From: a virus
Lineage: Duplodnaviria; Heunggongvirae; Uroviricota; Caudoviricetes
IMG/VR virus record: IMGVR_UViG_3300025853_000035
Location: 64,001 to 128,000 of that record
DNA length: 64,000 bases
Reading direction: 5' to 3' (one strand)
A program made the position numbers and the translations under genes. The notes beneath the pieces are model-generated. The model did not search any database and was not told where the DNA came from. It saw nothing but the letters and a program-made list of their open reading frames with translations. The number at the start of each line of letters is the position of its first letter. Within the stretch, counting starts at the first letter, position 1. Shown piece by piece: positions 5,429 to 13,728 of the stretch.

Positions 5429-5457
5429 ATGATAATTGAAACTTGACTGGATGTCAA
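5429..5457 (-). promoter_or_regulatory. sigma70-type promoter of the L2 operon
   Basis: TTGACA (5457-5452), 17 bp, TATCAT (5434-5429). Confidence 0.85.
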
Positions 5458-5479
5458 GAGAAAAATTACACTGGCTATG

Positions 5480-6490
5480 AAGACACTGAACCTCGCGAAT
5501 ACGCGGGTTAGGTCGCATGTCGGGTAGTTCCGTCGGTCAACGGCTCAGCATCTACAAAGCGAGTGAAATTGTGGTCGGCTTGCTGGCACCAATCCAGAAG
5601 ACAGGTCCGCAGACCTGACCAACCAACCACGGTGATGAATATAGACAGGCTGAGACTACACCCGTTGCGATCTGTCGTTCGGAGGATTACGGAACCCTTG
5701 CGAGGCACCTTGCCACCTTATCCACCAAGCCCTCTTGCGAGTAGCCCGGTCCCAGATCAACGCCGCCTATTTTTCCCGATTCTCACGGGGCCGCTGGCAT
5801 TAGCGGCGACACTGCATGATATTCGGCGATTCCCAGACCGTTGACGTGTTACCGCCATTAAGCCCCCGCGACGGGGCAACGAACTTTCTTTCACCAACCA
5901 CTCTTCGCTTTGCCGGCTAGGAGCAGACCGCATTGGGCGAACCCTGCGGTATTAGGCGTCTTTCACATACAGTCGAAGCAATCTTTGCGTTTTGATATGA
6001 ACTGCTGGGTTCGAACCAGCGATCCACGGATTAAGAGTCCGTTGCTTTACCACTAAGCTAAGTTTGCAAGCCACCGAGACGAGCTACCTCCTAGTTCCAC
6101 TGATGTTTCCACCTGCGGAATGCTAGTCGCCTCATGTCCGTCATGTCGCTAAACACTACCAAGACCGTCGAGCAGGACCTTCACCCTACCAAACTGATCA
6201 TTGCTCTTGACCGCTAAGTCTTGAACTGATGACCTTGTGCTTTATCATCCGCTGCCGCAGGTTAGACACAAGCTCCGGGTTCTACTCCGGCGTTCGAGGT
6301 CACCGATCTGGCTCTCCTCTATCCCCTCAAGGGCCTTGTCCTGCTAACAGCCTAGCTCCCGTTACCAGAAGCGATCCTCGCGGACCTGACTGCACTTGCT
6401 TGAATTGACCGGCAAGCCGGCGGAGTTATGTGGCCATACCTCCTTTACGTTGGTTACCCAACGCTATCCCCCTCAAGCGGGGTGTTCCTG
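5480..6490 (-). ncRNA. Large structured non-coding RNA candidate (GOLLD-like), boundaries approximate
   Basis: ~1 kb with no credible ORF, own promoter, many hairpins, embedded tRNA-like fold, next to tRNA operons. Confidence 0.6.
5993..6067 (-). tRNA. tRNA-Lys(CTT)-like element embedded in the large RNA
   Basis: Canonical D arm, ACGGA/TCCGT stem with loop CTCTTAA and TTCGAAC T-loop, but mismatched acceptor stem ending TCA instead of CCA. Confidence 0.7.
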
Positions 6491-6492
6491 AG

Positions 6493-6521
6493 CCTCTAAC
6501 AACTGATTCGAGCAATGTCAA
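6493..6521 (-). promoter_or_regulatory. Putative promoter of the large RNA
   Basis: TTGACA (6521-6516), 17 bp, TAGAGG. Confidence 0.55.
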
Positions 6522-6529
6522 GTCATAAT

Positions 6530-6772
6530 TGCAAGAGGCAATCCAAAACTTACCGCGTGACAGCCTCACTTGCGCTGGGATGGCCTCCCGATTAGGGGCC
6601 GGCGATCTCGGAGCTTCCTCCGTTCTACCCGCCCTTTACTCGGAGCGTATCCATACCAGACCGGCCAGTGCTTTCGTTCATGTCCAAGTTCGACACTACT
6701 TGTCCGCAAAGTGACTCCGGCTGAGTCTGCCCCTCGGTAAATCTTGGAGCGTTCCGCATCGCTGCGGTGTGA
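6530..6772 (-). ncRNA. Candidate ~240-nt structured RNA
   Basis: Follows TTGACA(6806-6801)-17-TAGATG(6783-6778); multiple hairpins; no credible ORF. Confidence 0.4.
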
Positions 6773-6836
6773 AAGGGCATCTACATTCACAATTGCAGTA
6801 TGTCAATTAAAAAATGCAGTGCCCTCAAAAAAAAAG

Positions 6837-7007
6837 TTAGGCCGCTTCCCGAACCTGCTTCACGGCGCTCTTGTCGATGGTCTGGGGCGCATAGTCAGTC
6901 TCGGCCTCGCGCACGGTCAGGTTGAAGCCGTTGATCGCGAGCACGTCGAACCACGTCGCATCATCCAGTTTGTTGAAAGCCACCTGCTGGCCAACCTCGG
7001 GGTCCAT
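6837..7007 (-). CDS. Small hypothetical protein (56 aa, MDPEVGQQVAFNKLDDATWF...)
   Basis: Hand-translated; strong AAGGAG RBS; below the ORF-track cutoff. Confidence 0.7.
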   Translation of the reverse strand: MDPEVGQQVAFNKLDDATWFDVLAINGFNLTVREAETDYAPQTIDKSAVKQVREAA

Positions 7008-7071
7008 CTGTTTCTCCTTCTCGTTCAGGGTGGGAGGGAAGGGCGGCCTCGGTGAGGAGGCCGCCTGCCTT

Positions 7072-7581
7072 TCAGGACTTGTTGGCGAGTTCCGCCAGCG
7101 CCTCGTCGCCGCGCCAGATACGCAGGCCGGGGACTACCTCTCCGCCGGGCGTGACCGCCTCGAAGGTCTTACGCGACCAGAACAGGCACTTATGGCGCTT
7201 GCGGGCGGCGGCCAGACGGCCTTCGGCACGATCGCTGATGGGGATGAAGAAGGACGGACCCATGATCTTGCCGTCAGCGGTCTTGGTGGCCGGGGTAAGC
7301 TGGTCGAACGGATACTCTTCCGGCAGGCGCTTGCGGCCGGACTTGCCGGTCTCCATCTCCAGCACGGAGATCAGGACCTGCTTGGTGCCGCCGATCGTGC
7401 CATCGAGATCGGCAGTAGCCGTGCCAGCGCCCTGACGGACCGGAGCTTCGCTGATCTCAGCAGCCGCCGACTGGCGGGGAGCACGAGGCGTGCGCTTCGG
7501 GGCGGTCGGCTGTGGAGCGGCAACCACTTCGGAGGCGGCTGCGGTTCGGTTACGTCGGGTGGCGGTTGCTGCTTCGGTCAT
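7072..7581 (-). CDS. Hypothetical protein, possibly DNA-binding
   Basis: Ala/Arg/Pro low-complexity N-terminus, folded C-terminus with YPFDQL...SFFIP; AAGGAG RBS. Confidence 0.75.
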   Translation of the reverse strand: MTEAATATRRNRTAAASEVVAAPQPTAPKRTPRAPRQSAAAEISEAPVRQGAGTATADLDGTIGGTKQVLISVLEMETGKSGRKRLPEEYPFDQLTPATKTADGKIMGPSFFIPISDRAEGRLAAARKRHKCLFWSRKTFEAVTPGGEVVPGLRIWRGDEALAELANKS

Positions 7582-7653
7582 GCTGAATGTCTCCTTGTTT
7601 TCGGTGTTGATTCGTCTCTAAGTTAGTTCCATGACTTTCGTCAAGGAAAAAGT

Positions 7654-8280
7654 TCAGAGCGCTCCGACCAAGCTCCGCGCGTCGTCAGACACTTCGATAT
7701 ACTGTTCGGTCGTCTCAATGCTCGCGTGGCCCATCAACCGCTGAACGTCACGCAACGAACAGTGGTGGTGGTTCGCGCTCCGGGCAAGTGTGGTCCCGAA
7801 GGTGCGTCGTCCAGAGTGAGTGGACGCGCCCTCGAAGCCGCCGGACTGGATCAGGCGGTTGTAATAGGCACGCAGTGCTGTGGGGGACATCGCCTTGTGG
7901 GCGGCATGGGCAGGGATCGCTTCCCCGCGCTCCAGCTTCCAGCGCCATGGCTGTGCTGAGATCGCAACAACATCCGCCGAGGGATACGCCTTGCGGAACG
8001 CTTGCAGGCATTCCTTGACAAGGCCGTTCATGGGGACGGTGCGTTCGCGCCGCCCCTTGCCCACGTCGGAGAAGATGTTGATGTCTTTGGCGATGGTGCC
8101 GGTGGTGGTGAGCATCGCGGCGATCTTGATCTTGGCGATCTCGCCTACGCGCAGACCAGCCTTGAACGACAGGGCGACGATCAGGCGATCGCGGACCGGC
8201 ATCGGGCTGTTTTCGGTGACGTGCTTGAGCAGCTTCTGGAACTGCTTCTCGTCGAAAGTCTTTGCTCGCTTCTTTGCCAT
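7654..8280 (-). CDS. Tyrosine recombinase (catalytic domain only)
   Basis: GLRVGEI (R), HSGRR (HxxR), MGH and TTEQY catalytic motifs; start MAKKRAK with RBS. Confidence 0.92.
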   Translation of the reverse strand: MAKKRAKTFDEKQFQKLLKHVTENSPMPVRDRLIVALSFKAGLRVGEIAKIKIAAMLTTTGTIAKDINIFSDVGKGRRERTVPMNGLVKECLQAFRKAYPSADVVAISAQPWRWKLERGEAIPAHAAHKAMSPTALRAYYNRLIQSGGFEGASTHSGRRTFGTTLARSANHHHCSLRDVQRLMGHASIETTEQYIEVSDDARSLVGAL

Positions 8281-8365
8281 TGTCTGTCTCCATGTGATTG
8301 ACGAATCGCTGGATAAGGCGATTCGCAACCGGAGTCAATATCAATGGAAGAAGTGATGGAGTCCG

Positions 8366-8770
8366 TCAGTGGATGAACGGGAAGGGCGGGGTAGGGCGAT
8401 CGCGCGCCAGATGGTCGAGGTGCCAGTTGATCCGCTGCACGGACAGGATGAGATGGGAGACCTCGGCGTTGAACTCGACGATGTCGATGTGGCCGTGGTC
8501 ATACATGCGGTGGGCGAAGTCGATCTTGAGCAAGGCGACCTGCTTGACCGCCTCAACCATGTCCACGTCCTTGCACTGCGTCACATAAGTGAAGTCGTAG
8601 AACTGGTCGAAGTCGATCTCTTCCATCCCGAAAACCTCGGTGACATACATGAAGCGATCGATGTTGCAGGCCCCATCAGGGCCGTTAGGGCGCGGGTCGG
8701 AAACCAGTTCGGTAGCAATTTCTTCAATCGTGCGCTGCACGCTTTTCTCCATGGCAACGGCACCGGTCAT
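8366..8770 (-). CDS. Hypothetical protein
   Basis: Natural composition and phage-like codon usage. Confidence 0.6.
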   Translation of the reverse strand: MTGAVAMEKSVQRTIEEIATELVSDPRPNGPDGACNIDRFMYVTEVFGMEEIDFDQFYDFTYVTQCKDVDMVEAVKQVALLKIDFAHRMYDHGHIDIVEFNAEVSHLILSVQRINWHLDHLARDRPTPPFPFIH

Positions 8771-8896
8771 ATTCCGGGTCCGTGTCGTCGATCAGTGCAT
8801 CCTGCCACGACGGACAGAAATGCAGGGTGGGGTTCAGGAAACTGCATTCAGGAGGGATCACGCCCTCCCGCTCGATGGTGTTGCAGGCGTTGGGGC

Positions 8897-9124
8897 TTAG
8901 TCCTCGTGGCATTCGTCGCTGATCCTGATTCCATGGACGGGGCAGTCCTGATGGAAGCGCATCTGACTCTTCCAGCGCCATTTCTGGCGCTTCTCGTCGT
9001 AGATGCGGTTCAGGACATCGATGCGTTTGTTCTCGGGGACCTTGCCTTGGCACAGGCAATCCTCCGGCTCCCACTCGGTTTGGAGTGGTCTGGAGCTTAT
9101 GACCCTTCCGGTCACTTTTTTCAT
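8897..9124 (-). CDS. Small Cys-containing hypothetical protein
   Basis: MKKVTG start; CLC...DCPVHG. Confidence 0.5.
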   Translation of the reverse strand: MKKVTGRVISSRPLQTEWEPEDCLCQGKVPENKRIDVLNRIYDEKRQKWRWKSQMRFHQDCPVHGIRISDECHED

Positions 9125-9204
9125 CGGGCCATTAGGGACAGTCACAATTGCACTATAGCCATTTTGGCTTGACATTGCAAGCGAAATCACATAGCTGCGG
9201 CACC

Positions 9205-9378
9205 ATGCAATCACTTTCCAATGATTCCCTGAACGCGCACTTCGCCGCGATCGAAGAGGGGATGACCGACGCCGGCAAGGCGAAGAGCGTTGAGACTGTC
9301 CGCCTGATGCAAATGCTGCGGGACCGGGCGGCGCAAGGCGGTTTCCGCAACCAGCCGATCATACTGCACCGCCCATGA
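9205..9378 (+). CDS. Small hypothetical protein
   Basis: Follows a TTGACA box at ~9169; stop overlaps the helicase ATG. Confidence 0.55.
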   Translation: MQSLSNDSLNAHFAAIEEGMTDAGKAKSVETVRLMQMLRDRAAQGGFRNQPIILHRP

Positions 9379-11180
9379 AGCTCACATTCTCCGAGGGGCG
9401 CTACATCGTCACCTCGCGCGAGAGCCGGTGGGGCGAACTGCGCGACGCGGGCTTCGTCTTCCACCGGGCCGGGCGCTACTATCACACGACGGACTGGCGC
9501 AAGGCGGCCGATTATATCGACTACGCCGATGACGACACCTACGCCGATCTGGACGCCAAGCTCACCGAGCTAGAGGCGGCGATGGCGCTGTCCTATTCGA
9601 TGGAAGCACAGGCGGACATCACGCGACCACACATCGTCAACCACAAGGGTGAAGTCCTCGACTATCTCCCCTACCAGAAGGCCGGCATCCTCTACGCCAG
9701 CGAGCGCGATGACACGCTGATCGCAGACAGTCCGGGCCTCGGCAAGACGATTCAGGCCATCGGGATCATCAACCATCTCGGCCTCGTGTCGGGTGTCATC
9801 GTCTGCCCGGCGACCTTGAAGCTGAACTGGCTCAAGGAGATGACCAAGTGGTTGGCCGACAAATCGCTGACCGTCGGCGTGGCCTATGGCGACGACATCC
9901 CCGACACCGACTTCGTCATCATCAACTACGACATCCTGAATCGTAATCGGGACGCGCTGTGGGCTGAGCATTGGGACATCCTCGTCTGCGACGAAGCGCA
10001 GTATCTCTCGAACGGTGAGTCCAAGCGGACGCAGGCAATCTTCGGCGTCTACAAGATGGATTGGAGCACCAAGAAGGTCACCCGCGTTCCCCAGCGCATC
10101 AAGCAGCGCGTGTCTGGCCGCGTCGAGAAGGTTCCGTGCCTGCGTGCCGAGAGGCGCGTGATGCTGACCGGCACCCCGATGATGAAGAAGCCCAAGGACA
10201 TGTGGACCATGATCCGGGACTTCGACCCGCACGGGCTGGGCGCAAGCTGGGACGATTTCGCCTTCACCTATTGCGACGCGGTGATGACCGGCTTCGGCTT
10301 GCAGGCTGACGGCGGCTCCAACCTGACCGAACTCAACGAGCTTCTGCGCCGGGCGTTCATGATCCGGCGCTTGAAGAAGAACGTGCTCAAGGACCTGCCG
10401 GAGAAGACGCGCGAGATCGTGATCTTCCCGCAGGAGGGCTTGAAGAAGAAGATCAAGACCGAGCGCGACAAGTTCACCGATGCCTTCGCCATGCTCGACG
10501 CCGCTAACGACGGCGTCGTCTACAAGCCAAAGGAGGTGCTGGCAGAGGCGGACCCGGCCTACATCCTCGACTGCATGACCCGAATCCTGCCGCAAGGCTT
10601 CGATGCGGAGGAGATCGACGATCTGGACGGCGGCGAACTGCTGCCGGGCTTTGCTGCCTATTCCGAAGCGCGCCACGATCTGGCGCTGTCCAAGGTGCCG
10701 ATGGCGGCCGAGCATATCAAGCGCCTCGTGGAGACTGGCGAGAAGGTCATCGTGTTCGCCATCCACAAGGACGTGATCGCCGCGCTACATCAGGAGTTCC
10801 CGACGGCGGCCCGCATCATCGGCGGCCTCGGGGCCAAGAAGGTCGAGGCGGAGAAGCTGAGGTTCCAAGGTGACAACGACAATGCGATCGAGCCGGACCC
10901 GGACTGCAACGTCATCCTCTGCAACCTCAAGGCCGGCGGCGTCGGGCACACCCTGACCGAGGCGACGATCGTTGTCTTCGTCGAGATGTGGTCGGTCCCC
11001 GGCGACATGGAGCAGTGCGAGGACCGGGCGCATCGCATCGGTCTGGAGCACAACGTCCTGATCCAGTTCCTCGTCGTGGACGGGACGATGGACGCCCTGA
11101 CCATCCAGACCCTGATCGATCGCATCGCCATGATTCAGGAAGGCGTCGATGGCGTCGAGCCTGAACGAAAGGTCGCGTGA
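9375..11180 (+). CDS. SNF2/SWI2-family helicase (HARP-like)
   Basis: ADSPGLGKT, CDEAQYL, LTGTP, QCEDRAHRIG motifs. Confidence 0.93.
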   Translation: MKLTFSEGRYIVTSRESRWGELRDAGFVFHRAGRYYHTTDWRKAADYIDYADDDTYADLDAKLTELEAAMALSYSMEAQADITRPHIVNHKGEVLDYLPYQKAGILYASERDDTLIADSPGLGKTIQAIGIINHLGLVSGVIVCPATLKLNWLKEMTKWLADKSLTVGVAYGDDIPDTDFVIINYDILNRNRDALWAEHWDILVCDEAQYLSNGESKRTQAIFGVYKMDWSTKKVTRVPQRIKQRVSGRVEKVPCLRAERRVMLTGTPMMKKPKDMWTMIRDFDPHGLGASWDDFAFTYCDAVMTGFGLQADGGSNLTELNELLRRAFMIRRLKKNVLKDLPEKTREIVIFPQEGLKKKIKTERDKFTDAFAMLDAANDGVVYKPKEVLAEADPAYILDCMTRILPQGFDAEEIDDLDGGELLPGFAAYSEARHDLALSKVPMAAEHIKRLVETGEKVIVFAIHKDVIAALHQEFPTAARIIGGLGAKKVEAEKLRFQGDNDNAIEPDPDCNVILCNLKAGGVGHTLTEATIVVFVEMWSVPGDMEQCEDRAHRIGLEHNVLIQFLVVDGTMDALTIQTLIDRIAMIQEGVDGVEPERKVA

Positions 11181-11353
11181 TGCTGATCACCACCCTTGAG
11201 GAACAGCGCCGGGCAGGGCGGGCGGCCCGCGCCGCCGGTGGATACGACAAACTCATCGAACTGGCCGCCAAGCGCGAGACGGAGCAGCAAAAGCTAAAAA
11301 TCGTCCGTCAGCAAAAGCGAAAAATCGTCCGCCTCCCAAAGAAAACCAGATGA
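11180..11353 (+). CDS. Small basic hypothetical protein (57 aa)
   Basis: Hand-translated; coupled to the helicase stop. Confidence 0.55.
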   Translation: MLITTLEEQRRAGRAARAAGGYDKLIELAAKRETEQQKLKIVRQQKRKIVRLPKKTR

Positions 11354-11363
11354 AGGAAACAGC

Positions 11364-11543
11364 ATGAGCATGTTTGTTGAATGCGGCCAGTGTGGCTGGC
11401 TCGGCCCGGTCGCTGATCTGCAAGACCATCCCACCCGGCCGCTGCCGGACGATCTCGGCTTCTGCCCGGAGTGCGAATGCGAGATCGACGAATGGCCGTT
11501 CGACGAAGCTGAGAAGGACCGCCGGCTCGCCGAGTATGAGTGA
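11364..11543 (+). CDS. Small zinc-ribbon protein (59 aa)
   Basis: Hand-translated; ECGQCGW...FCPECE; AAGGA RBS. Confidence 0.65.
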   Translation: MSMFVECGQCGWLGPVADLQDHPTRPLPDDLGFCPECECEIDEWPFDEAEKDRRLAEYE

Positions 11544-12246
11544 GCCGTATCCCTATCCCACCAAAATCCACTGGTATGCCGGCATGGCTTTTCACCTTGA
11601 TGGCCGCATCACCTATTACACGGAGAAAGACTTGAACGCCTACACTCCACTCGAACGTCGCGAATACCTCATGGACATCCTGATGCAGGTGATCGGTAAG
11701 AAGATCGATCCGAACGATCTCATCGACCGTCTCGAAGAACACATGTCCGAGGCTGACCGCATCGAAATCTCTCAACTGGCTTTCGAGCACGATCTCATCA
11801 CGCTCGACAGCGAGGGAGACGTGATCCCTATGTCATCACTCACAGGTGGGCGGGCATACACGATCCGCACGCCTCTGCCCGAAGCGACGTGGGAACGACT
11901 CCCCACGGCCGGCACGCCGATGGCCCTGACGCCCGGTGGCCATCACGCCCATTACGACTACGAGGTCAAGTCGTGGCCTTGGTTCTTCGAGCCGATGTGC
12001 GCTGGCAAGAAGAAGCACGACATGCGGGACAAGACCGAGCGGCCATATCGGGTCGGCGACCGGATGCTACTTCGCGAATTTGATCCTCGCGGCGCTGGCT
12101 ACACCGGCCGGGAAGCGGTGGCGATGATCACCTACATCACGAGCAACGATACGCCGTGCGCGATGTCGTCGAACGCCTTGGACAAGAGCGCCTGCATCCT
12201 GTCCGTGAACGTGATGGAGCTTGGCGACACGGATCGGAACGCGTGA
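11536..12246 (+). CDS. Protein with C-terminal ASCH/DUF3850 domain
   Basis: KSWPWFFEPMCAGKKKHDMR...YRVGDRMLLREF. Confidence 0.8.
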   Translation: MSEPYPYPTKIHWYAGMAFHLDGRITYYTEKDLNAYTPLERREYLMDILMQVIGKKIDPNDLIDRLEEHMSEADRIEISQLAFEHDLITLDSEGDVIPMSSLTGGRAYTIRTPLPEATWERLPTAGTPMALTPGGHHAHYDYEVKSWPWFFEPMCAGKKKHDMRDKTERPYRVGDRMLLREFDPRGAGYTGREAVAMITYITSNDTPCAMSSNALDKSACILSVNVMELGDTDRNA

Positions 12247-12458
12247 TGGACGAAGCCCTCATCAAGCTCTTCCCGCTGGAGACGCTGGCCGTCTCCCTGT
12301 TCGAGTCCTTCGTCCGGCAACGGAACGACATGGAGATCATCCAGAAAGCCCCGTGCTGGAGCAGCCTTGAGAAAGAGGACCGCATCTTCTGGCGCAACAA
12401 GGCGGTCGAGATGACCACCGAACTCTATGAACTCAAAGACGAAGAATGGAGCGCGTGA
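12246..12458 (+). CDS. Hypothetical protein
   Basis: Coupled ORF. Confidence 0.55.
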   Translation: MDEALIKLFPLETLAVSLFESFVRQRNDMEIIQKAPCWSSLEKEDRIFWRNKAVEMTTELYELKDEEWSA

Positions 12459-12634
12459 TGATCAAGAACGATCAGATCGACGAGGTCGTGGACCTCCTGA
12501 ACCACCGCCGAGTGCAGAGCATCCTCTACAGCACCGAGCACCGCATTGACGTTGCCCGCGTCATTATCGAGAACCGCAAGGCGGCTGCTATGGAGCGGAT
12601 CGCTGACGCGCTGACGGCGATCGCATCGAAGTAG
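12455..12634 (+). CDS. Hypothetical protein
   Basis: Coupled ORF. Confidence 0.55.
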   Translation: MMIKNDQIDEVVDLLNHRRVQSILYSTEHRIDVARVIIENRKAAAMERIADALTAIASK

Positions 12635-12639
12635 TCGTC

Positions 12640-12659
12640 ACCGACATTCTAACTTGACA
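12640..12659 (+). promoter_or_regulatory. Conserved promoter element ACCGACATTCTAACTTGACA
   Basis: 20-bp motif ending in the -35 TTGACA, repeated at 7 independent intergenic sites. Confidence 0.75.
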
Positions 12660-12709
12660 TTCACAGTCAGTTCTGCTTAACAGACATCCTTCCCGACAAA
12701 GGAATCCCG

Positions 12710-13453
12710 ATGCAACTCTCATGTTTGCGGACGCCCGATCAGTGGCGTTCTGCTTTGGCACGCCATCACGCCGTCGCCAAGATCAGCAGCCTCGACGGTG
12801 CCAACCAGATCACCCATGGTCGCTACTTCTGGCCGCTGGAGCCGGACCATCCCGGCAACGACTTCGACATCGAATTCATCGCCCACGTCCTCGCCGGTGA
12901 AAGGCGCTGGGCCGGCGTCACCATGGACATCAACGGCGACCCGTCGGATTATTCGGTGGCGCAGCATTGCGTCCACGTTGCGGACATCGTCAACCTGAAC
13001 CGCAAGACGCTGCTGCCTGATGTCGATTGGGACGCGGAAGTCGCGCCGACGCTCTACGGCTTCATCCACGACGCCTCGGAAGCCTATCTGCGGGATGTCC
13101 CGCGCCCGATCAAGGCGAAGCTGGGCGACTATTACGCGGTCGAAGCGGCGCTGATGCGGAAGATCATCTCGGTCTTCAAGGTGCCGATGAGCGCTGCCGT
13201 CCAGAACGCGGTGCGGAAGGTCGATGACATGATGATCTTCCTCGAACGTGATGCGCTCGTGGGCAAGCCCTGCGTGCCTTACACGAACGAGAACGACCAT
13301 CCCGGCATCTCGATCCACTCCGTCGTCCCGGAATTCTACGTCTGGGACGCCAAGACGGCGAAGCGGAAGTTCCTCGAAAAGTTCGAGGAGATCACCACCA
13401 CCGGCGGCAACCACATTCCGCTCAATTACCTGAATCGGGGATACCTCCTGTGA
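12710..13453 (+). CDS. HD-domain phosphohydrolase (5'-deoxynucleotidase-like)
   Basis: IAHVLA, YSVAQHC, IHDASEAYLRDVPRPIK. Confidence 0.87.
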   Translation: MQLSCLRTPDQWRSALARHHAVAKISSLDGANQITHGRYFWPLEPDHPGNDFDIEFIAHVLAGERRWAGVTMDINGDPSDYSVAQHCVHVADIVNLNRKTLLPDVDWDAEVAPTLYGFIHDASEAYLRDVPRPIKAKLGDYYAVEAALMRKIISVFKVPMSAAVQNAVRKVDDMMIFLERDALVGKPCVPYTNENDHPGISIHSVVPEFYVWDAKTAKRKFLEKFEEITTTGGNHIPLNYLNRGYLL

Positions 13454-13728
13454 GCAATTTCGTCATCAACATCAATGGCGACACGAGCGATCTGTTGCCG
13501 GCCGGCGTCCGCATCGAAGCGACGCTGAACCAGAGCCGCCTCACCAGCGACCTCGTGCTGCTCAACGAGGCGATCATGTTCATCCACAAGGAAGCCGCGA
13601 CGGCGCAGGGCCTCACCTCGGCCGAGCGCGTGCTGAGCGAACGCCTCGCGCTGATCGAGAAGGGCATCGTCGGCGGCCTGTCGCCCGAGGCGAAGCTCGA
13701 AATCGCGAACAAGGCGCTGGGCGGTTGA
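13450..13728 (+). CDS. Hypothetical protein
   Basis: Coupled ORF. Confidence 0.6.
   Translation: MSNFVININGDTSDLLPAGVRIEATLNQSRLTSDLVLLNEAIMFIHKEAATAQGLTSAERVLSERLALIEKGIVGGLSPEAKLEIANKALGG

Noticed and set aside
160-6067. Stop-codon reassignment or suppressor tRNA
   Set aside because: No CTA, TTA or TCA anticodon among the tRNAs seen; genes end normally at TAA, TGA and TAG without fragmentation.
5480-6772. Assignment of the large RNAs as tmRNA or RNase P
   Set aside because: No GGGG..GAC 5' end, ANDN-type tag frame or CCA acceptor end for tmRNA; the RNase P-like GAGGAAGCTCC is misplaced and no matching 3' P4 strand was found.
9570-10766. Long antisense ORFs (e.g. 9570-10766, 15608-17125, 25722-27374, 32653-34119, 49010-50614, 51846-54983, 58593-60647)
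   Set aside because: Shadow frames of GC-rich real genes on the other strand, with no motifs.
12710-13453. Z-genome (2-aminoadenine) pathway
   Set aside because: HD and MazG-like genes are present, but there is no PurZ/adenylosuccinate synthetase homolog in this window.
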